This document shows, piece by piece, positions 47,395-59,203 of a stretch of 64,000 bases of DNA; position 1 is the stretch's first letter; each line of letters opens with the position of its first letter. The notes beneath the pieces are model-generated. The model was not told the origin of the DNA, made no database searches, and was given only the letters and a program-made list of their open reading frames with translations. The position numbers were made by a program, and so were the translations under genes. The DNA is from Octopus bimaculoides (lineage: Eukaryota), in contig NC_068981.1 of NCBI RefSeq assembly GCF_001194135.2, forward strand, positions 2,408,575 through 2,472,574. The letters are read 5' to 3'.

Positions 47395-50300
47395 TATAAT
47401 TTCAGGTGGATTAGACACTCAACCACAAATAAATGACACACTTAGTTTAAAAGGGCAAAAATTTCCTCCAACACTTACATCTTCTACAACTAGTGCTGTG
47501 TCATCAGCTGGAGAAGAATCTGAAGACCTTAATATCCATCCAAGGAAAAGAAAGTTACGGCCAAAAGGTGACCAAACCCAAATTTCAGAGGCAACTACTT
47601 CTCACCCGATCATTCTTGAAAAGCCTCCAAATCCATACAAAACCTATCTTTCAATAAGGAAACAGGTAAGAAAAAAGGTGATAACAATTTTCATTATTTT
47701 TTTTACTTTCTATAACCTATTCTCTATTCATCAAGTGCTACTACTGTATTTGGTCCTCATGTATTATCCAACTGCCTGCTGCTACATAAAAACCATGCTA
47801 CCAATACCAAACCATATTTCTAACAGTTTTGATTAGATATTAGATGACAGTAGTGATTAGAACTTAGGCCAGCGACATAATTAATGTTGTTAGTCTTCTT
47901 TTTTTTCTTCTTTTTTTATGGGGCAGTGTATTCAGTTGTGACTGTACAGATGTGACCTCACCCCACCTCACCTTCCACACATGGGAGCGTGGTCGTTCAT
48001 GAAAATGTTGCAGTGTGGATTTCATCATCTTCGTTATTTAATGCCCATTTTCCATGCTGGCATGGGCTGGACAGCTTGACAGGAACTGACATGGCCAGGG
48101 CCCACTCTGGGTTCCATAGTCTGTTTTTGGCATGATTTCTACAGCTGGTTTCTACTGCCTTTCCTAATGCCAACCACTTTACAGAGTGTACTGGGTGCTT
48201 TTTGCGTGGCACCATCACCCGTGCTTTTTACGTGGCACCATCACCAGTGCTTTTTACGCGGCACCATCACCAGTGCTTTTTATGTGGCACCATCACCCGT
48301 GCTTTTTATGTGGCGCCATCACCAGTGCTTTTTATGTGGCGCCATCACCCGTGCTTTTTACGTGGCACCATCACCCGTGCTTTTTCNNNNNNNNNNGCGG
48401 CACCATCACCCGTGCTTTTTACGTGGCACCATCACCCGTGCTTTTTATGCGGTACCATCACCCGTGCTTTTTACGCGACACCATCATCAGTGCTTTTTAC
48501 GCGGCACCATCCCCAGTGCTTTTTATGTGGCACCATCACCCGTGCTTTTTACGTGGCACCATCACCAGTGCTTTGGTCTTAGGATATCAATTCTGTTGTG
48601 GTGGGTTGGTCTTTTTGAGTACAGAAATATGCCACATATTTTGATTCTTTGTCCAGCATTTAGAGATGACCGTTCAATACTTTGCCCACGTCTTTCAGGG
48701 TCTCCCTCTCCCACAATTTCCCCCCTGCGCAATGGACACTTCGCTATGCATTCACTGATGTTGTCTATATTTCCACTGATTTCCTCTCTTATGTGGGCTT
48801 CAATGAATGTGGAAAGGCAGTGAGAATGAGTGTGGAATTCTGTCTCATGGGAGATTTTCTGAAATGCAATGCTTGCATCATGTTTGTGTGTCTGTGGTGA
48901 GGGTTACCTGTCATCATTGAAAGAAAAATTAACGGAGAATAAGTGATGAAAACTATACGATAATGGAAATTTAGAGCACAACTTTTGTTTGTATTTTATT
49001 TATAATAATTTAAAACCAATTTTTGTATTTCAACTGTTTGTTTATAAATAGAAACAAGTTGAAAATAATTATATTAGACTTAAAATTTGAGTGCTAGACT
49101 TAATCCATCCCCTACTTTAACACCACTACTTGGCACATGTGCTTATCTTAGGTGCAGCCTACTCTTTTGCAAGGTCACTGGTTTGAGGTTACCTTTCTCC
49201 CCCCCTTCTGATTTAGGCCCTGTAAAGAGTCATAAGGGCTGCTTTCCCTCTTTGATTGAAGTAAGGAAAGAAATTAAAAACTAACTGCAATGTAATATGT
49301 AACGAAAAGAAATAAGAACAAAACTTGTTAAAAAAATAAAAATTATTAAAAAGCATGAATTTTATGCAAATAGGAGCAGTTTAATGATTGCATTCTTATA
49401 AAGATTTAAACCTCCGCTAGTGTGAATAGATTTTGTAAGACGGTACACATTTGAATGTTTGTTGTTCAAGTAACAATAAATGTCATCTTATCAAGAAAAT
49501 AATGTCTCTACCAGTTCTTGAAGACCTACATCCAGTCACAGCACTTCAACACACTATGATAGCTTTTATTGGCAGTTTTTAGTACAGGTTATTGTAAATA
49601 CTATTTTGTTTGTTAGAAATTAAGCTGTATCTTCCTAGTTTTTGCTTTTTTTTTCTAAATGTACAGAGAATAATGTATTCTACTAAGATGTAGCATTTTA
49701 CTCATTTCTGAACTAAAAATTAAATGGTTTGACGATTGCTAAGTAAACATAATCAACTGGCACCTATGTATATATTATATAGTAATGTATAACATTTCAT
49801 ATCAATAATAATATAAGCAAGCACATTAAGTTTGCTCTATAATGTGATGTATTGTAATAATGTTTGATAATTCCCAATTGATCCCATTCAAATAAATTGT
49901 GTTCTGTTTCATTGATTTAGGAAATTTGATATGCTGTTGCTGAATTGCTGAAGGGTGATTAGTTTTTGTGCAAAAATATTCCATCCAGATTTCTTTAATC
50001 AACCATTTGAAAATGTCTTGTCTTAGACATTTACATATGTTTTATTATATGCAGTCTGTGTCACTCATAGTATCATCTCTTAATATTTTTTGTTTTTTTT
50101 TAATTTTTTTTTGTTTTGCTTTGTTTTTTTTTGTTTTTTTTTAATTTNNNNNNNNNNNNNNNNNNNNNNNTTTTTTTTTTTTTTTTTTTTTTTTTTGTTT
50201 CATCGAATGGTATGGAAAGCGAGTGTTATGTGGTAATGTTATTTGTTTATTGAATTTCTGATTTCTGTACGATTTGTGGTTTCGACCCGATAACGTTACT

Positions 50301-53300
50301 ATAATATTATTTCCTGACAGGTCGAAGATCGGCGGAAAAACTTAACAGTTGTTCATCCAAAAGCTCCCCAGGGATTCAAGGACTATTTAATGATGAGTTG
50401 TAGTTATGTGTTACAAGGAAATTCTGCCAGCACTTTATCTGTTCCTATGGTTAGTTTCTCAGTTTAAACATGGAGTTTCTTTGTTTTTACTCGCATCTTT
50501 AATTAATTATGATTTATTTCTCCGATTTAATTACTGAATTAACTCTCTTATTCTGTAATTTTCTCTGTTGATATTGAAAGTTTTCTAAATCCATTTGGAA
50601 TTTAGCCTATCCATTAATTTAACCCTGTAGCATTTAAACTGGTCATAATCCAGCCAAAATATTCAAACTGACTGGCTCCAATCTCTTGCACCTACCCTAC
50701 AATGCCATTCTAAAACTAAACAATCACTTCATGGAAATTTTGAAGCCATGAGATAATATATGATTAATTCAAAATGATGAAAATAAATAAAATACATTTG
50801 ACAGAAGAATCCGGATGCTACAGAGTTAAACTGGTTTTGTGGAGCCACCAGAACTGTTTTGTTAATTCATACACCAAAGTGGAAAACCACAAGAAGTTCA
50901 TAAATCTATGAGATATTTGTCTCAAAATTACTCTAATTACAGGTAGATTTAAGTAACACAGAAAATTATTTAAATTTTATTTCAGTATCACTATATAAAA
51001 TAAGTTGTTACTTAACATTCTCCTGAAGAAATTCTGGTATAGAAGAATCATGCGCATTAGTGAATTGGAGTGTGTATAAAACATAACCATAATTATTATT
51101 GCCATTTTACATCTGCTTTCTCTGTTAGCATGAGTTAGATGGGTTGTCATGGTTTGAGTCAGTTTATATTTGGAGTTTCTACCCTCTTATATGTCTCACT
51201 TGCATTCCATTTTGTGGTATGTTTTCTATGGCTGAATAATCTTCATGGCACCAACTACTTTACAGAGTGTACTGTTTGTTTGTTGGTGAAGAAGGGAGAG
51301 AGAGTGAGTGAGTGTGGTGGATGGTAAGATTGTGCTGGATATCATTAAAAAAATAGCAAAGGAAAGACAGTGGAGGCTAGAATGACCTGAGGGATAGGGA
51401 GTTTGTTCACAGTACATAGAGTTAAGAGGAGGGATGACCCCTACCCCTCTTACCTTTATATACTGCTAGCAAACACTCAGTTACTTTATCCATTCCTCTG
51501 TTAATGTTACATCAATACCACCCACACCATCATTAGCAATCATCCAGAACTTATACCTTTGTTTTCATCCATGAATTATTGAACTGAGACATTCCTCTAT
51601 CTCACCTCTTGTGTGCAACATTCATTCACTCGTCTTCACACTACAATATCTCCTGTCCTTCTCCTCTTCATGGCAACATTAATGGTGGTAGCTCTTAAAG
51701 TTTTGGATTTGATAGAAAGTGGAGGAGCTTCAGTGGTGGCCAGGTAGATTTCTGTTTTCTAAATCTGGAATGAATGTCTGTGTGATTGTTTCTCATGCAT
51801 AATCATACACGTCCATCAATTTGAGTTGCTTCCTATTTTGTTAGTCTCCACTTCCTAGAAATAATTATAAGCATGGTGTTTGGTAGACCTTGAAACTTTC
51901 ATAGGAATGTGTTAACAGGGAGATGTGAACATATATGGACTGGTTAAATGGGTTTTGTTTGTGTGTGTGTGAGGACAGGAAATCTGTCTGAGTATACATG
52001 AAGGCAGTGAAGATCCTGAGTATGCAATTTCAGAACAAGATGGTTGTCATTACATTGAGTAGCATTGAGCAAAAACCATGACATGTGTTGACATTCCTAT
52101 CAACAAATTGACCTATAGATCTGCACTTTCTCAAATGCATGGAATATAAAAAGACCTTTACTTGAAAAATGGGTATGGTTTTGTGACAGGAAGAGTATCC
52201 AGCTGTAAAACAATACCTCAGCAATATGCATTCCTCCAACCCATGCTAGCATGAACAAAACAATGTAAAACAGATGATTGAACACACTCACATCAGCACG
52301 TTTTTAGTTCAAGGCTTCCATGCAAAGACATAAAAAGTAAACATTAACATGTGCATATATGAATTTGATAGGCTTCTATACAGTTTTCATCTACTATTGC
52401 TACTGACAAGGCTTTGGTTGACCCAAGGCCACATTAGAAGGCACCTAAGATGCCGTATAGTGAGATAGAACTTAGGACCACATGCTTACAAGGTAAACTC
52501 CATATACGCAGTCTTGCATTTTGTGTGTATATACATATATACAGGCATAAGTATAGCTATGTGGTTAAGAAGTTCACTTTGCAACCACATGGTTCTGGGT
52601 TGAGTCCCACTGTGTTATACCTTGTAGAGGATAATAATTAATACCAGATCTCCAAGCCAACCAAAATGTGAGTGGGTTTGATGGGTGGAAACTGAAAGAA
52701 AACAGTTGCATGCATGTGTATGTGTGTGTGTGAGAGAGAGATGCAGAATGACTCTCTTCCCAGTGATCAGAATTAAGTATTTTCTGCACAGAGCCTGATA
52801 TACATATACAAGCTCTTAGCAATGAAGTTATGCAGTCCTACATTTTCTACTGTTCTTGTAACTCAGTGAACAATATGTGTTGTAAATTGTCCCATTTCAC
52901 AGCAGAACCTTTCTTTGCTGCAGTTCCGGTTTCAGTGTTGGAACCAGTCTTTCATTTGATGACAGCCACTATTATTACTTGCATCTCTCCCTGACAATGA
53001 CAATTCACTTCCTGTCTCTGGTTACAGTTCATTTAAAAAAAATGTTTTGTTTTCTTTTCTGTCTTGATTACCAAAGTGTTATATATATATTATTTAACAC
53101 AAAGCTTTATTCTTGAGCTATCATTCGTGACATATCCAACTTTTTTCTCTATAGCCTCTTGCAATTTTTTAAGATCTTGAACAGTGGTCTATGGTTTAAG
53201 TTTCTGGATATTTTGGCTATGTCAATTATCAAAGATGATTGATTTTCTAGGTCAATGCTTATCATCACTATTTTTAACCTCGTTAAACCACCTCTGGTAT

Positions 53301-53795
53301 TTTCATAAACTTCACTCTATCTAGAATTACAGTGCATACGTTTTGTTCAATACATGTGTGGCAATGTTGTGTGTGAAATTCATAAAGCATTTAATGTTGA
53401 ATCTAATATTCTATCGAGTCCTTGTCATCCATGGGTTATCTAAAAATTAAACAAATTAAAATAAGATATGGGTTAACAAATTCAAAAATTAATTTTCAGT
53501 TAAATAAGGTCAGTATTCAGACTGACCTTTAAACTGACTAGTTTATTTGTAACTACAGACTATTTGCTTGAAATATGACATTACTTTTTGGTCCCCTAAT
53601 ATATATATATATATATACATACATACATACATACTAGCTGGCCCCATGACGCCAAAAATAACGGCTAACTATAGTATTTTATATATAAATATGGATGGTA
53701 AATTGAATTCATACACTTGTCAATGTTATCTGGTGGTTGACTTTTGAGATGTGACATCGATCATAGTTTGTTACTGAAAGAATGCTGGTGCAAAT

Positions 53796-53869
<74 letters not shown>

Positions 53870-56800
53870 TCACATACCTCCCTTTTACATACACACACAC
53901 ACACACACACACACACTCATACAGAGTTGAAATGCTCCCACTACCAGTTTGCCATCATCCCTTCCTTCCTTATTCATCTATCATCCATTCCTTTCTCATT
54001 TATATGTTGTGACGGAGAAAAACAGTATTATTATAGTAGATATATATATATGTATATATGCATATATGCACACTGATGTGTTTGTGTGCAGACATGGCTG
54101 TGTAGTTGTGAAGTTTACTTCCAAACCGTCTAGTGTCAGTTCCACTTGATGGCACCTTGAGCAGGTGTCTTCTGTTTGTGGATTTGGAAGATGGAAATTG
54201 AAAGAAGCCTGTTGTGTGTGTGTGTGTGTGTGTGTATAGTGTGGGAGGGGGAGGAACACTGTTTCTGTCTCTTCATCTGACATCATGTAATAACTGTAAA
54301 CAACTGTCTCTGTCGTGCAAGTGGTGTTGTTTATTCTCAATCTCTCTTGAAAGTCGCATGGAAACAGATGAGGCTTGGTGACTGGAAAGGACATCCAACC
54401 ATAGAAAATCTACCTCAGTGCATTCCATGTGACCCATGTACCATGAAAGAGTGGCTGTTAAAGCAATAATGATGATATACAGTCGAAACATTGTCACTTT
54501 GTGTGTGTGTGTGTATATATATATATATTTATTTATTTTCTTTTATTATTGTAGCTTTCCCCTCCAAATTCAGTAACTGGATCAATGAGAGATTTATTCT
54601 TAGACCAAGAACAAGCTCGGTATAAGCTAAGATTACAACACCTCATTGAAAAGGTAAAGAAAATTATTCTTTTAAAATTTAAGTTTGTACAATTATTTAC
54701 TTTTTAATTTGGAATATTTAATGTTATCTAATGAGATGAATGGTTATTAGTATTTTAAAGGAAACAAATTGAGGTCAGATGAAGGACTTGTTTCACATGC
54801 TGTGTCCTGAACCAATCTACTGTTGTATTTTAGCATCTTGGAATATCTGGTTATGAAATGTAGTTCTCGATAAGTTATCTCAAAGAACCTAGAGATAACT
54901 AGACCAAGCATCAAAGGATGATGAAAACCTCTGACTCAACAACGCTTGTGTTGTTGTGCAGGAGTTTTGTTGCATTTATCGGCAGGTACTCGAGGCAGCT
55001 CTGACGTCATTGTGGAAGGGGCACAGAACACCTACAGAGCTGTTTCACCACCTGATGACATCAATCTCTGCATGAGAGATGAAATACAGTTTCACTCTCA
55101 GCACGCAAGTGTTTACCTTAAACATTTAATAATAAAACCAAATCAGTTGGGTTTAAAATATGGAATTTTAAAATTTTGGATAAGAGACTGTTGATGAGTA
55201 AATAAATAATTTTACCTGACAATTATATCTCTAATTATAATTTCCTTAAATAATTAATGAAAAATTATTACATTTATTGTTGAGAATTTCATTTATTTTG
55301 TACACCTTCTCTTTGTAAAAATGATACATAAAAATAGTTGGTATTTTAAGAGAATTTTAGGGTCAAGAAATTTGAGGTATTGTTTTGAAACTGATTAGAA
55401 ATGTCATGCTAATTTTGAAAGGTTTCAACAAAAGACAAGGCATCGATGCTAGGCTTCATGCTTGAGATTTATGGTAAACGAATACATTATCGGAAGTTGT
55501 GTAATTTCGGTTAGATTTCTCTCATTTGCTTCTGTTTTTGCTTTTTCTCATCTTTTACACTGTCTTTTTATTTATTTTCTTTTCGTAGGAAAAGTTAATG
55601 CTTTCTATTGAGCAAGAAATGTTGCGGGAGCATGCACGTGCTGCCAGAGCACAAAATAATCAAGCAGTCCCTTTAAGTGTTTGCACAATACTTCGAGATG
55701 AAGAGATTTATAATCTTATTGAAGTGGAACAGGTTTGTTATTTAGATCTTTATCTCAGTTCAGTGATTTATTTTTTGTCATTTTCATAAAAATCAAATCT
55801 GTATTTATGTGTTTGCATATGGTTTTATAAATGTTTTCATCATCAATTCACATCTGTGCTTTTAAGCCTCCTCCAGCTCAGCATTTCACCATGTATGGTC
55901 ATTACATATAAAATCGTCAGAGATTACATAACACACTTAAATAATCTCCACCATTTATAATGTACATGGGACATTATTGTGGTATCAATGATCACAACTT
56001 CCACAATTGTGATAAATAAAAATAGAAAGCAGTACAGAAAGAGAAAGCAAAAAATAGTGATGGAGAGAGTGAGAGAGAAACATGTATACTGCAAGTGTAG
56101 TATTACATTATTCACAGACACCTTCTAGGCCAGCGTTGCCCAACGTTTTTGCATTTGCAACCCCCTACTATTTGTTGATAGTTGAAATTAATACTATCCC
56201 AAGCTGCTTCTAGCAAGGCTATGCGACCCCACCGCAAGGAAGAGAAAAAAAACAATATTAGTGGACGAGTAGTTTCATTTTTTGCAACAAATATGGGAGA
56301 CAACTCTAACCAAGTCTACTTTTCTATCCACCATCTTGTCCATTTAGTTTGTGAGTCTTTCATCACTATTTTAGAAACTAACAATGAATTCTGTGTTCCC
56401 TGCACTAACTCAGCTCTCTTCTCTCAGCAAGTGTTGCATATAAGGTGAGAATATTAGATCTCCCCTACAACAGCTTTAACACCATCAGTTGGTCTGTGGG
56501 TGCTTCGAGCAGAGTTTGCTCTGATACAAGCATTTGGACCAGGCTCCTGACACTGGGTTTCCGTTAGCCTAATGACACTCTGATACCCTTCCTAAGATGC
56601 TAAAGACTAAAACTAAACTCGAAGAATTCTCTCTCCTCTTCTCTAACATCCCATGACTCTGATCCAACCTCGACCCCACACATTTAATTTCTCTCTGAGA
56701 CATGGTTCTCTCAATCCCAGTTTATAGTTTATCTATGCAGTCCAGGCTAAACTCTTTACACGAATATTAATCTAGAAAGTGATACCTGTACACTGATCTG

Positions 56801-59134
56801 CATATTAAATTTCTCTCTGAACTCCTTTCTAACTCTTGCTTAGCTGACAGCATCTCTGCACATGGCTCACCCAGCTCTCAAGCCATTTTCTTCTAGTTTA
56901 CTTAGCCATTACATAACCTCAGAATATAGTACTCAGTCAAAGGTCAACAAGTATTTGTACCGTAACTGGATATTTGCTAAGAAATTCTCCTGTAGCTGTC
57001 TCACTCTGTCGAAAGGACATCAGTGGTACTTCATCCTGGTACAAACCGAACCTTCATTTCATCTCAGCTAATTGTTTTTAACCAGTGATGTCATAATAAC
57101 TTTCCTGTTATCTTTACAACTTGTTATATTAGTTTGAAGTATTTGTAGTTGCCCCTTTCTAAAGCACTTCCTTTGTCCTTTTACCAGATGATGATCCTTA
57201 CTCTGATTAGTGTAGAAACCATCTCCCTCTGCTACCTGAGTAACCAGTGTTCCCTGATGGGGTCAGACATGTAATAAATATGTAATTTTTAAATTCTTTT
57301 TTATTCCTTTCTAGGTAGAGGAAAGAGAGAAAAACGTTCGATCACGCTACAATGGCAGACAGTTTATTTCCTGGATTCAAGATGTCGGTGATAAATATGA
57401 CAAGATAAAAGTGAGATCATCTTATTCTCTGTTTTTAAAAAGAAAAAAACCATTGTCTTTTGGTTGGTTTCGTGGGAGTTGTTGTGACATCAGATCAAGC
57501 GTTTATATATCTCAGCTCAGGTGCCACGTAAAAGGCACTAATTTCACTCTGCTGGGTGGTTGGTGTTAGGAACGGCATCCAGCTGTAAAAATCCTGCCAA
57601 ATCAGTCACAGAAGTCTGGTGCCGGCTTCTGCCTTGCTGACTCTTATGAAACTGTCCCACCCATGCCAGCATAGAAGGCAGACGTCAAACAATGATGATG
57701 ATGAAGGAGCAGAGTATGCTATGCAAATGTGCAACAACATGCAATGTGGAAAATTGAATTATTTACAAAACAAATTTCTTTAGTAGGTGTTGCTGCCAGA
57801 TAAAAACACACCCATGCCGGTGCCGCATCAAGAATACTCAATACACTCTGTAAAGTGGTTGGTGGTTTGGAAGGGCATCCAGCTGTAGAAACCTTGCCAA
57901 AACAAATCTGGAGCCTGGCGCAGCTCTCCGGTTTGCCAACTCCTGTCAAGCCATTCAACCCATGCCAGCATGGAAAACAGTTGTTAAATGATGATGATGA
58001 TGATATAATAGTTTGGGTAATCAGCTTAGTATTATCAGGAGGTTCCCTTCCTCTGGCCCCTTACTGCCACGATAAATACAGCCTGTCAATGTCAACAATG
58101 GTTACTACAGCTTAAACACTATTATTAGTCCTTTTTGTTGTTTAACTTTGTGTGTGTAGGCATTGTTTTAGGAGGTTAATTTCTGAATATAGTAGGGGTC
58201 TGTTTTATCAAAAGGGGTTATCTTTAAGATGTCAGTTAATTTTGATGTTTCTTTCTCCCACTTCATAATGTCCTTTTAGTGAAGTATACTGCAAATGTTT
58301 TTCTCCTTGTTGCTGTTCTTTGTCTGGTTCAATCTTATGACTATTTACTTTGTTTGTTGTGTTTATGAGCCTGGCTTTGTTTCACCCCCCCCCCCTTTTT
58401 TTTTTTCATTTTGGTTTCCGTTTATCTACAACATCTGTTTTTCTTTTGTTGTTGTTTTACTGTCTTTATTTCTGTTATCATGTTTGTACAGTGAGTGTGT
58501 GTGTGTGTATGTGTATATATATATATATATATATATACTTCTCAAGAGTACAGAAAGTTAACATTCAGTGCTAAGCATAATTTGAAAGTCAAAATAAATG
58601 TTGTGTGTGTGTGTGTGTGTGTGTATAAAGAGTTCTTCTTTGTTTGCAGATAACAACTTATCAGAGCTTATCTCCACGCACTGAAGGGGAACATTTTTTT
58701 TTAAATACTGACTTCCTTTTAAACACAATTATTTTATTTACAGACATAGGAAATTTAGGAACAGGTGTGGATCTCTCTTGACTTGGAGTATATTGAATGG
58801 ATGTTTACTTTAAGGGATCCCGAAATGTAGCACAGGCATGGCTGTGTGGTATGAGGCTTGTTTCCCAATCACATGCTTTTAGTTTCAGTCCCATTGCGTG
58901 GTATCTTGGCCAGATGTCTTCTATTATATCCCTGAGCCAACCAAAGCCTTGTGAGTGGATTTGGTAGATGGAGACTATTTGACTGCGGTCATGCTGGAGT
59001 ACTGCCTTTAGTCGAGCAAATTGACCCCAGGACTTATTCTTTGTAAGCCTAATACTTATTTTATAAGTCGCTTTAGCTGATATGCTAAGTTACGGGATGT
59101 AAACACATCAACATCAGTTGTCAAGCGATGGTGC

Positions 59135-59203
<69 letters not shown>

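Noticed and set aside
48167-48823. CRISPR-like array or repetitive protein ORFs
   Set aside because: The units are head-to-tail with no unique spacers, the context is eukaryotic with no cas genes, and the ORFs are minisatellite translations.
56190-57130. Possible decayed LINE endonuclease on the minus strand
   Set aside because: Only vague motif resemblance, not enough to annotate by eye.
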